Origin: Clostridium sp. AF37-5
Lineage (GTDB): Bacteria; Bacillota; Clostridia; Oscillospirales; Acutalibacteraceae
Assembly (NCBI GenBank): GCA_963625835.1
Contig: CAVFVA010000002.1
Coordinates: forward strand, 17,058-81,057
DNA: 64,000 nt
Direction of reading: 5' to 3'
Part shown: in pieces, positions 30,462 to 39,118 of the stretch
How the letters are laid out: the number at the start of each line of letters is the position of its first letter
Numbering within the stretch: position 1 is the first letter of the stretch
Program-made: the position numbers and the translations under genes
Notes under the pieces: model-generated
What the model saw: the letters and a program-made list of their open reading frames with translations, nothing else
Told to the model about the DNA's origin: nothing
Databases searched by the model: none

Positions 30462-31838
30462 TTATTTGACAAGGCGCACATTTTCAAGCTTAACATCTTC
30501 CTTTTCGGGCTGCGCAGCCGCACCCTCAAAACGAATAAGCTCCAAATTTTCAACATCCTTTGCATCTATTGCACTGCTGTAATTTTCGCAAAGCCTGCCC
30601 CAGGAGGTTTTCGTTTTCATAATTGTGATATCCTTGGCGTTTCTGATGAAAAACGCCGAGTTATCGTATTTTTCAACTCCCCAATCAAGGCAGGGGCGCA
30701 AATCGTAAAGTCCGCAGGGCCATTTGCTTGTTTTTGTGAGAGTGATGCGGCAATTTTCAAAAGTTACATCCTCAATCGCATTTTCGGGATTGCCGTGAAT
30801 CAAAACGCCGTTTTCGCCCTTTGCCGTAACATTGAAAAAGCGAATGTTTTTGATTTTGCCGCTTTTTGTGTTTTCATCCCTGTTAAAGGTGGTGATGGTT
30901 ATCGGCTCTGCCGTGCCCCACCAATCCGGGCAGAAGCGGCGCGTTTCTATGATGATATTTGAATAGGAAACATTTTCAACATTACCGCCGTCTCTGATTT
31001 GAATTGACAGACCTCTGTTTGAGCGGCTGATGGTGCAGTTTGAAACGATAACATTTTTAAAATCGCCAACGCCCTCCGTTCCGATTTTGATTGCCGCAGA
31101 GGTGGAAACAAGCGTGCAACCGTCTATAACCACATTTTCCGTAGGACCGTATTCGCTGTTGCCCTTTGAGGCTTTAAGGCAAATGCAATCGTCAGCGCAG
31201 GTTACATGGCAGCCGAGAATACGCACATTTGAGCAGTGATCCGGGTCAATACCGTCGCTGTTTGCAACATCAAGGTCGTTTAAAATTCTGATTTTATCAA
31301 TAAGCACATCATCGCATCCGGCAGGGTGAAGAGTCCAAAACGGGGCGTCAACAACCCTGAAATCCTTAAAGGTGATGTGGTTGCTTTTTTCTATGTAAAT
31401 CACTGTGGGGCGCGGATAAAAATCGCCCGTTACATAATATTGATCCTTGCGCTGCACAAAGGCATGACCGTTTGCGTCAATAGTACCCTCGCCGCTGATC
31501 GTGCAGTTATCCGCTTCAAAGCCATAAATGAAAACGAAACTGGGCTTGCCCGTTACAGGGTTGCCGATAAGAGCCGTTTTCGGGTCGTTTATCAATTTAT
31601 TGGGGCGAATATAGCCGTCTATATTTGAAGTGGCTTTCAACACTGCACCCTTTTGAATGTGCAAATCAACATTGCTTTTAATTCGCACCGAATCGCTGTA
31701 AAACACAAAGCCGCTTTGCAGCACAACCGTGCCGCCGCCGTTTTTTGCGCAATCATCAATAGCGTGCTGAATGGCAAACGCATCGTTCGTTTTGCCATCG
31801 CCAGCCGCACCGTATTGCAAAACATTATATTCTTTCAT
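30462..31838 (-). CDS. Glycoside hydrolase family 28 (polygalacturonase-like), no signal peptide
   Basis: YGAAGDGKTND, NSDGIDPD, DDCICLK, parallel beta-helix repeats. Confidence 0.9.
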   Translation of the reverse strand: MKEYNVLQYGAAGDGKTNDAFAIQHAIDDCAKNGGGTVVLQSGFVFYSDSVRIKSNVDLHIQKGAVLKATSNIDGYIRPNKLINDPKTALIGNPVTGKPSFVFIYGFEADNCTISGEGTIDANGHAFVQRKDQYYVTGDFYPRPTVIYIEKSNHITFKDFRVVDAPFWTLHPAGCDDVLIDKIRILNDLDVANSDGIDPDHCSNVRILGCHVTCADDCICLKASKGNSEYGPTENVVIDGCTLVSTSAAIKIGTEGVGDFKNVIVSNCTISRSNRGLSIQIRDGGNVENVSYSNIIIETRRFCPDWWGTAEPITITTFNRDENTKSGKIKNIRFFNVTAKGENGVLIHGNPENAIEDVTFENCRITLTKTSKWPCGLYDLRPCLDWGVEKYDNSAFFIRNAKDITIMKTKTSWGRLCENYSSAIDAKDVENLELIRFEGAAAQPEKEDVKLENVRLVK

Positions 31839-31936
31839 AATCTTCTCCGTTCCGCGCCGAAAATGCGTTCAACCGCCGCAAATTTTCGTAAAACGCCATA
31901 CTTTTACGCCTACAATAATATCACACCTTTTGGGGT

Positions 31937-31965
31937 TTGACAAGTAAAATAAGATATGATATTAT
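31937..31965 (+). promoter_or_regulatory. sigma-A promoter
   Basis: TTGACA-N17-TATTAT with extended -10 TG. Confidence 0.8.
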
Positions 31966-32057
31966 ATATCGGTAAGCAAAGCTGCCAGGTATTCCTCAGT
32001 CCAACGGAATACACCGGCGGCTGATTTTATGTTTAAATATTTTAAAATGGTGAAATT

Positions 32058-33440
32058 ATGAAAAAATACGATGTTGCAATAGTGGGCGCAGGTCCTGCCG
32101 GTATTTTTACCGCAATCGAAATGATAAAAAAAGGCAGCAAAAAAAGCATTATTATAATTGAAAAGGGCAAATCCGTTGAAAAAAGGAAGTGCCCCAAGGC
32201 GGTAACCGGCAAATGCATGAACTGCAAGCCCTATTGCCATATTACAACGGGCTTTTCCGGCGCAGGTGCGTTTTCGGACGGTAAACTTTCGCTTTCTTAC
32301 GAAGTCGGCGGCAATCTGCCCGAGCTTATAGGCGAGGATTTGGCACAGGAAACGATTGATTACACGGATAAAATTTACCTTGAATTCGGTGCAGACACTC
32401 ATATTGAGGGTATCGGCAACACGGAAGAGGTTAAGGAAATCCGCAAGCGTGCAATTCAGGCAGGTCTTAAATTGGTTGACTGCCCGATTCGCCATCTCGG
32501 CACCGAAAAAGCGCACGACCTTTATTTTGACATTGAAAAATATCTGCTCGCGCAGGGCGTTGACATTATGTTTGACAGCCAATGCAGCGATTTGATTTTA
32601 GACGGCGAAAAGTGCCTCGGCGTTCGCCTTGAAAACGGCGATGAAATCTATGCCGGCGACACAGTTGTAGCAACCGGCAGGCGCGGTGCAGACTGGCTTG
32701 AAAAGCTTTGTGCCGACCATAATATTGCCCACCAACCGGGCACGGTTGATATCGGCGTTCGCGTTGAGGTTCGCAACGAAATCATCGAAAAGATCAACGA
32801 TGTGCTTTATGAATCAAAGCTTGTTGGCTACCCCAAACCGTTTAAGAACAAGGTGCGCACTTTCTGCCAAAACCCCGGCGGCTTTGTGGCTCAGGAAAAT
32901 TACGACAACGACCTTGCAGTTGTTAACGGTCATTCCTACAAGGAGCTGAAAAGCCAAAACACAAACCTGGCGATTCTGTGCTCTCACAACTTCTCAGTGC
33001 CGTTTAACCAGCCGATTGCATATGCGCAGAAGGTGGGCGAGCTTACCAATATGCTCGGCGACGGTCATATTCTTGTTCAGCGCTTCGGCGATATTCTTGA
33101 GGGCAAGCGCACTTGGCAAAAGGAGCTTTCGCAGAGCAACCTGCGCCCCACCCTGCCGGACGCTGTTGCAGGCGACATCACCGCAGCAATGCCGTATCGT
33201 GCAATGACGAATATTATAAACTTTATCCATGCGATGGACCATGTTGTTCCCGGCTTCGCCGGCGACGAAACTTTGCTTTACAGCCCCGAGCTGAAATTCT
33301 ATTCCAACCGCGTTAAGATGGACACGGATTTCAACACAAATATTCAGGGACTTCACTGCCTCGGCGATTCCAGCGGCTGGACTCGCGGTCTTATGATGGC
33401 TTCCGTTCACGGCGTTTTGATGGGCAGAAAGCTTGTTTGA
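32058..33440 (+). CDS. NAD(P)/FAD-dependent oxidoreductase
   Basis: IVGAGPAG, GAGAFSDGKL, RTFCQNPGG, VVNGHS, GDSSGWTRG. Confidence 0.85.
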   Translation: MKKYDVAIVGAGPAGIFTAIEMIKKGSKKSIIIIEKGKSVEKRKCPKAVTGKCMNCKPYCHITTGFSGAGAFSDGKLSLSYEVGGNLPELIGEDLAQETIDYTDKIYLEFGADTHIEGIGNTEEVKEIRKRAIQAGLKLVDCPIRHLGTEKAHDLYFDIEKYLLAQGVDIMFDSQCSDLILDGEKCLGVRLENGDEIYAGDTVVATGRRGADWLEKLCADHNIAHQPGTVDIGVRVEVRNEIIEKINDVLYESKLVGYPKPFKNKVRTFCQNPGGFVAQENYDNDLAVVNGHSYKELKSQNTNLAILCSHNFSVPFNQPIAYAQKVGELTNMLGDGHILVQRFGDILEGKRTWQKELSQSNLRPTLPDAVAGDITAAMPYRAMTNIINFIHAMDHVVPGFAGDETLLYSPELKFYSNRVKMDTDFNTNIQGLHCLGDSSGWTRGLMMASVHGVLMGRKLV

Positions 33441-33557
33441 TTTAAGCACACTTTGCAAATAATTTTATATCGGTTAAAAACAGGTGACTTCGGTTGCCTG
33501 TTTTTTTGTGTAAAAATAATTCCGGCAACTGCAGTGAAAAATTTCTTATGGCTTGAT

Positions 33558-33988
33558 TTGTTGCAACAGTGTTTTTTGGTGCTTCCTCCGGTAGGAAAAA
33601 AATTGAGCGAGGGATTAGTGTTTGAGTTGCGTTATTAAATGCAAGAGCGTTGTTATAAATTCCCCTCATCAGTCAACTTCGTTGACAGTTTGTTTATTGG
33701 GGTCCCCCCCCGAAATGCATTAGCATTTTGGGGAAAGGAGAAATAATCGAAGTGCTTTTTGTGATTTGCGCAGCAAATTACATCGGCACGGAGTTTTTTC
33801 GATGCAGGAGAAGCCCAAAGAACGCTTTTGCAACCAATTTTGCCTCCCTTATTTTAATGGAGGTGGGTTGCCGCAGACAACTCGGAGGGATTCGTTTACC
33901 GCTTTTGTTATAAAAACACCTTTGCAACAAAATTAAAGAATCCCCCTTGGGGGGGAAAGTGGGTGCGAAGCACTCGGATGAGGGGTCA
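33558..33988. repeat. Cluster of REP-like palindromic repeats
   Basis: Several CCCTC-hairpin-CTTCCC..GGG units in both orientations; TTGTTGCAACAGTGTTTTT / AAAAACACCTTTGCAACAA inverted pair. Confidence 0.65.
33635..33796 (+). repeat. ~160-bp direct repeat, copy 1
   Basis: CCCCTCATCAGTCAACTTCGTTGACAG...GAAATGCATTAGCATTTTGGGGAAAGGAGAAATAATCGAAGTG...CATCGGCACGGAGTTT, near-identical to 34834-34992. Confidence 0.9.
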
Positions 33989-34049
33989 TATTTAATTTAC
34001 ACTGCTGAACAAAAAGAAAAAGTGCGCTCCGCAGAACGCACTTTGAAAA

Positions 34050-34670
34050 CTATTTCTTTTTTGAATCGCCCTTAATTTCCTTTGGCTTTTGATTTTGGTT
34101 AAATCGCTTTCTGATTTTTTCCTTTTCGGCAAGTTCGTGCTTTTTGTAAGAAAGATAATAAAGCCAGATAAGCACAACCGCAACAAGTGCCGCCGCAACG
34201 CCTGCGCCGATTTTAAGACCGTCGGTTAACTTATTTATCTTTTGCAGAGCGGCAAAGGTGAAGCCCAAATCAACATGAACGGTGCCTTTTTCCTCAGAGT
34301 AATAAGTGCCGTTTGAAAGATACATTTTATCGTGTGATGTGTCGCCGCCGGGATAATAATAATAGTTGAGCGAATTGAGCACATTGCTTGTTTGTGCATC
34401 ATAAACGAAATCGGGATTTTTTTCTGAATAGAAAGTGATTCCGGTAACATCATCCGTCAGCTGCGAGGGCACAAATTTATTGAACAGCTTATACTGATTT
34501 GAATCGTTTGAAGTCCAAGCGGCAGCGATAATCAGCGCAATTATAACGACCGCCAGCACGGCGATTGCAACAACGCCGCCCTTGTGATTTTTAAACATTT
34601 CCTTTGCGGATTGCTTGATTATTTGTTTATCGACCGAAGCGGCTTTTGCCGCTTTTTTATTTTTTGCCAT
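34050..34670 (-). CDS. Hypothetical membrane protein (two TM, central extracellular loop)
   Basis: GGAAAGGT RBS-like sequence upstream; basic termini, two hydrophobic helices. Confidence 0.7.
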   Translation of the reverse strand: MAKNKKAAKAASVDKQIIKQSAKEMFKNHKGGVVAIAVLAVVIIALIIAAAWTSNDSNQYKLFNKFVPSQLTDDVTGITFYSEKNPDFVYDAQTSNVLNSLNYYYYPGGDTSHDKMYLSNGTYYSEEKGTVHVDLGFTFAALQKINKLTDGLKIGAGVAAALVAVVLIWLYYLSYKKHELAEKEKIRKRFNQNQKPKEIKGDSKKK

Positions 34671-34833
34671 TAGGTGCATAACCTTTCCGACTGCTGAATA
34701 ACATTGGCTTGCTCCGCACAGCCGAACAGAAGCAAGGCAGCTTTTGCCGCAATTATATTTTATCATAAACGCATAGTAAGGTCAAGCCGTGTTCGGCAAC
34801 AAACTTTGCCTCTGACCGAGCATGCCCGGGATG

Positions 34834-34992
34834 TTAAATACAGGACCGTTGTTATAACTTCCCCTCATCAGTCAACTTCGTTGACAGCTTGTTTATTGGG
34901 GTCCCCCGAAATGCATTAGCATTTTGGGGAAAGGAGAAATAATCGAAGTGCTTTTTATGATTTGTAAAGCAGATTACATCGGCACGGAGTTT
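34834..34992 (+). repeat. ~160-bp direct repeat, copy 2
   Basis: Near-identical to 33635-33796; poly-C tract 5 vs 8. Confidence 0.9.
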
Positions 34993-35021
34993 GTTTTGAC
35001 GGGGGAAAGCAAAAAAGCGCG

Positions 35022-35049
35022 CAAAAAAAGAGGGCGCGGATGCGCCCTC
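35022..35049 (-). terminator. Intrinsic terminator ending the surface-protein operon
   Basis: Minus strand GAGGGCGC-atcc-GCGCCCTC-TTTTTTT. Confidence 0.85.
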
Positions 35050-35118
35050 CCAAATCTTGCGATTTAATTTTGCATATTCCGGCTTCCTTGCGGAAGCGGA
35101 GCAAGTTGCAGAAGTTAC

Positions 35119-35217
35119 TTAGAACTCGAAGTATCCTTCCTCGGTTGATGTTGTGATAACATCAACTGAAAGGAACTGCTCAACTTCTACAACGGGCTTT
35201 GTGTAAATTTCTTTCAT
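35119..35217 (-). CDS. 32-aa peptide with YxxP leader-like motif (RiPP-precursor-like)
   Basis: Not in ORF track; ACGGAGGT RBS; MKEIYTKPVVEVEQFLSVDVITTSTEEGYFEF; lies inside the operon before its terminator. Confidence 0.85.
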   Translation of the reverse strand: MKEIYTKPVVEVEQFLSVDVITTSTEEGYFEF

Positions 35218-35289
35218 TGTGAAAGACCTCCGTTTAGTTTATTGACACAGCAGAGCCTGAACCCTGCCGAATTCGTTGCTTAAACTAAA

Positions 35290-37845
35290 TTAAGCGAGTG
35301 TAGCAGTTTGTGGTTCTGCGTAAATTACCTGCGATACACCGTCTTTTTCAATGATGATGTATGCACGAGCCGAAACAGAAGATGCAGATGTCTTAAGAGT
35401 AAGAGCGAACTGACCGTCTGCTGCGGTGTTGCTGTTCTTATAGATGTAAGCACCGTTGCCTACATTTTCAAGAACGAGAGTTGAAGTGTCTGCAACATCC
35501 TTGCCGAATACGAAACCGGATTCAAGAAGATTATAATCTTCCGGAACGGAACGTGTTGCAAGGAATCTTGCCTTGTTTGAAGCAAGCTTTTCAGCTGCCA
35601 CAGCGGTTACAACGGGCTGAGCCGTTACAGCACCTTCAACAAATTCAACGTTAACATTAGCTGTTACGAAGAATGTGTATTCGCTGCCGAACGCTGCATC
35701 ATTGCCGTTGATCTTCCATGTGCCTTCGTTAGCTGCCGAAACAGTTACCTTAGCATCATGAGAAACAGTTGCCGTTGTGCCCATATCCTTGCCGTCTACA
35801 GTGATTGTGCAGCCGGTAGGAGCGGTTACGGTGTAAGCTGCTGCTTCATCCTTTTCATAGGAAGCAACTACGGTTGCGGCACCGGAAAGAGCCTTAACCG
35901 CATCAAGATCCATGCTCCAACCCTTGAATGTGAAGCCCTTATATTCATAAGGAGCGGGCATTGCGCTGAGAGCTGCAACATCATCGTTGCTGAGCTTAGC
36001 GATAACATTGTTGAACTGGTCAACAAATGTTACATTAAATGCCTTAGCCTCGTTTGCTGCGAATACAGGTGTGTAAGTAAGATCTGCATAAGCAGCGGTT
36101 GTGTAAGTGGGCTGAGTGGAAACGAGCTTGCCGTTTACCTGCCAGCCAACGAATTTAGCGTTTGCTGCCGGAGTTGCTGTGAGAGTATATTCCTTCTCAT
36201 AAGCAACCTTTTGAGCTGCGCCTGTTGTAGCTTCGCCGTTAAGAGTTGTGGTGCCCTTATCGGATGCATTAACAGTGATCATAACGCCTGTTGCGGGAAT
36301 TACCTGGCCCTTAACGACTACATCGTTGCATGCAGAGCATACGGAATCACCGGTGTAACCGTTTTCGCCGCGGGTAGCTTCCTTAGCGTTAACGCCTGTT
36401 TTGATATCGCCGACATGGTTGGTTTTATCAACAGGAGTTTCTGTTTGTGCAACAATTACGGTGTTGCAAGCTGCGCAGTGAGAACCTGCGGTTAAGCCTG
36501 TTGATTTGCAGGTTGCAGCTACTGCTGCATCTGCTACAACATCTTCGTGATTTGCGGAATCAAGAGCCTTATATTCGGTCTTGGTTTGACCACATTCACA
36601 TTTGTAAGTAATTGTGCCCTGTGTTTTACATGTTGAAGCTGTTTCAGCTGTCTTCACCCAAGTATGCTCGGATGTTACAGGAACTGTGTCGCCGCCTGTG
36701 GTGTAGCCGCAAACGGAGCACTTCTCAACAGCGGTTTTACCCGTTGATGTGTGAGTGGGAGCAACGGCTTTTTCTGTTACTTCCATTGTAGCCTTACAAG
36801 AAACCGTGGTTACGGTTTCCTTTTCGGTGTAGGTTGTTGTGCCTTCAACGAAATCGGGCCAAGAATAAGTTTTGGTGGTGTGGTTGCCTGCTTTGTCCGA
36901 TGTGGGACCTACAGTAGCCGTGTTGGTGGGAGCTGTGGGAGTTTCACCTGCAGCAGCCTTTACGGTTGTTGATGTGCCGTCATTGAAGGTGTAAGTATAA
37001 GTTACATCTTCGGAAGCGGGTTCAAGACCCCATTCGGGCATAATGAACTGAGTTCTGGGTGAGGGATTTTGTTCTTTATCATCAAGTGAATTATAAACAA
37101 CAAGGTCCTTATCGTCGGAACCGGGAGTTGTGTTAATAAATGTATCACCTGAATTTTGATAAAGTGGAAGTGCCTCTGTTAAATCAACTTCATCAGTTTG
37201 CATTTGAAGACCAAATACAGCAAGCATTTGACCCTTAAAAACTGAATCCTCATTATCTGAATCTTGTTGATATGAATTCGGCCAAGGCTCGTGCGGTGTT
37301 GCGTTAAGAATAACAGCAAGAGTCTGCACGCTGGCACGAAGGTTGATACCGCTTACGTCGGAAGCATCAATATCGGTGTTTGTGTCAGCCCATGTTGCAA
37401 GGACACAAGACTTACCGGCTGCTTCGCCTGTTGTAAGTGTGTCCTTTCTGCCTGAATAGCTGGCAGGAACAACATCATTATCAGCAAGTCCTTTTGCATA
37501 TTTCCAAATGAGAGAAAGGCAGTCTGCCGTATCAACATTTTCAACTGTAACAACAAGTGCAAATGTGCCGTTTCCCGACTTAAGGTCAGACTTCTTCAAA
37601 TTTTTCAAATCATATGTGGGGACAGCACCTGTTTCCAATTTATCATAATAGTAATTGGACATATATCCCCATGCATCGGTACCGTCATAATCCACAACAT
37701 AGGTGTGAAGAACAACGTCCTCATCATAGCTGTATTTACCGTCTGTATTATTTTTATTCGGGAGTGCGAATGAGGTGAGAGGGAAGCTGAAAGCCACCAT
37801 CAATACAGAGAGCAACACAGCCAAAGCTTTTTTCAAGCTTTTCAT
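35290..37845 (-). CDS. 851-aa secreted protein: cohesin-like N-domain, four His/Cys (CxxC-type) repeats, B-repeat-like domains, C-terminal beta domain
   Basis: Signal peptide ...PLTSFA; CSVC, CEC, CAAC, CSAC repeats; FVGW/FKGW motifs; ends ARAYIIIEKDGVSQVIYAEPQTATLA; no LPxTG/TM/SLH seen. Confidence 0.75.
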   Translation of the reverse strand: MKSLKKALAVLLSVLMVAFSFPLTSFALPNKNNTDGKYSYDEDVVLHTYVVDYDGTDAWGYMSNYYYDKLETGAVPTYDLKNLKKSDLKSGNGTFALVVTVENVDTADCLSLIWKYAKGLADNDVVPASYSGRKDTLTTGEAAGKSCVLATWADTNTDIDASDVSGINLRASVQTLAVILNATPHEPWPNSYQQDSDNEDSVFKGQMLAVFGLQMQTDEVDLTEALPLYQNSGDTFINTTPGSDDKDLVVYNSLDDKEQNPSPRTQFIMPEWGLEPASEDVTYTYTFNDGTSTTVKAAAGETPTAPTNTATVGPTSDKAGNHTTKTYSWPDFVEGTTTYTEKETVTTVSCKATMEVTEKAVAPTHTSTGKTAVEKCSVCGYTTGGDTVPVTSEHTWVKTAETASTCKTQGTITYKCECGQTKTEYKALDSANHEDVVADAAVAATCKSTGLTAGSHCAACNTVIVAQTETPVDKTNHVGDIKTGVNAKEATRGENGYTGDSVCSACNDVVVKGQVIPATGVMITVNASDKGTTTLNGEATTGAAQKVAYEKEYTLTATPAANAKFVGWQVNGKLVSTQPTYTTAAYADLTYTPVFAANEAKAFNVTFVDQFNNVIAKLSNDDVAALSAMPAPYEYKGFTFKGWSMDLDAVKALSGAATVVASYEKDEAAAYTVTAPTGCTITVDGKDMGTTATVSHDAKVTVSAANEGTWKINGNDAAFGSEYTFFVTANVNVEFVEGAVTAQPVVTAVAAEKLASNKARFLATRSVPEDYNLLESGFVFGKDVADTSTLVLENVGNGAYIYKNSNTAADGQFALTLKTSASSVSARAYIIIEKDGVSQVIYAEPQTATLA

Positions 37846-37859
37846 CGAATTACCTCCGC

Positions 37860-39002
37860 TTAACTAACAACAATATCTGTGTAAGTAAGGTTTTCTGAAC
37901 TATATCCTGCAAAAGCAAGATAAATTTGCTTATCTTTAGTATTTATGGTTCCGTTTCTGTCAAGGTCAACGCCTACATCATAACCGTCATCCTCAGACCT
38001 TAAACCGGAGAGACTTATATATGACGATTTATCCTTAGCGTTGATAGTGTTGTTGCCATCCCAATTGCAGGCAACAATGCCAACCGTTGTTGAAGATTCA
38101 ACATCGGAATCCGCAACTTCAATTGTGAAGGTGCGTGTGAAGCCGTATTTATAAGAAACGGTTGCGGTGTAAGAGCCGGTGGGAACATCATTAAAAATGA
38201 ACTTTCCGGATTCATCCGTTTCAGCCGAAACCGTTTCGGCGCCGATTTCAACAGAAACCTGCGCACCCGTTACGGGATAGGAGCCATATTCGTCGCTCGG
38301 CGCGGTTAATGCGCCGATATAAGCGGAAACCGAATAGCCCGTGGCTAATTCGGGCGAGAGATCGCATTGCATTGCATAAACCTCGCCGTTAAAATCCGCT
38401 GCCGTGCTTAACGCATAGCATTTATAAAAATACGATGTGCCGGAAACGGTTACATCGCCGTAATCAACCTCAATAAAGGTTCGATTAGGATTTTCATCCA
38501 CCTGCAAAGCAGTGCTCATATCTATTGCGGTATCCGCAGCATCAGACACGGTAACATTAATCTTCAGCAATTCAGCTTCGTTTGCGGCGAGAGCCGAATT
38601 GGAATCATAATTTGCCGAGTTATAAGCAAAAACAAAGGAACCGTTTGAAAATTCACTTTGCACGGCATTTATATTCAAGCCCGCAGCTGCCAAGGGCAAA
38701 GAACTGCCCGAAAAAGCCAGGAGCGACGAATCATAAGAAGCGGTGAATTGCATTTGAGAGATTGATGCAAGATCATCAACCCGCAAAACCATTTCATATG
38801 TGCCGGGTGTTAATGCATTGCCATCTGCCGCATTGCCGGAGGAATCCGTGAATTGAGCGGAAATTACCGGCGATTGCGTGCCGATTGAGGAAGTTGAACC
38901 CTCTGCGGCAGCTCCGTAAATATTAATAGATATGATTAAAGTGCAGGTAAGAACGGATGCCAATGCAACCGATAATTTCCTTTTGAATTTTTCGAGTTGC
39001 AT
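37860..39002 (-). CDS. 380-aa secreted cohesin-like + Ig-like (CarboxypepD_reg-like) + dockerin protein
   Basis: Signal peptide; LRVDDLASISQMQFTASYDSSLL...ELLKINVTV; TDESGKFIFNDVPTGSYT; two Ca-binding loops NWDGNNTINAKD and DLDRNGTINTKD. Confidence 0.75.
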   Translation of the reverse strand: MQLEKFKRKLSVALASVLTCTLIISINIYGAAAEGSTSSIGTQSPVISAQFTDSSGNAADGNALTPGTYEMVLRVDDLASISQMQFTASYDSSLLAFSGSSLPLAAAGLNINAVQSEFSNGSFVFAYNSANYDSNSALAANEAELLKINVTVSDAADTAIDMSTALQVDENPNRTFIEVDYGDVTVSGTSYFYKCYALSTAADFNGEVYAMQCDLSPELATGYSVSAYIGALTAPSDEYGSYPVTGAQVSVEIGAETVSAETDESGKFIFNDVPTGSYTATVSYKYGFTRTFTIEVADSDVESSTTVGIVACNWDGNNTINAKDKSSYISLSGLRSEDDGYDVGVDLDRNGTINTKDKQIYLAFAGYSSENLTYTDIVVS

Positions 39003-39054
39003 ATTAAGCTACTCCGTTTAAATATATTTTCGCCTAACGCGAATAGCAACCGAA

Positions 39055-39082
39055 GCATTCGGCAGGTTTCCCTGCCGAATGC
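39055..39082 (-). promoter_or_regulatory. Intra-operon GAAA-tetraloop stem-loop without U-tract
   Basis: mRNA GCAUUCGGCAGG-GAAA-CCUGCCGAAUGC, perfect 12-bp stem. Confidence 0.7.
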
Positions 39083-39118
39083 CGGGTATCAGCATTTGCC
39101 TAATAAAGCACACACTTA

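Noticed and set aside
33558..35010. CRISPR array or IS element
   Set aside because: Only two long copies, no regular repeat-spacer period, no cas or transposase ORF
35119..35217. Lasso peptide biosynthetic cluster
   Set aside because: No cyclase, B1/B2 proteins or exporter nearby; a putative S1-E8 ring would leave a one-residue tail, which cannot thread
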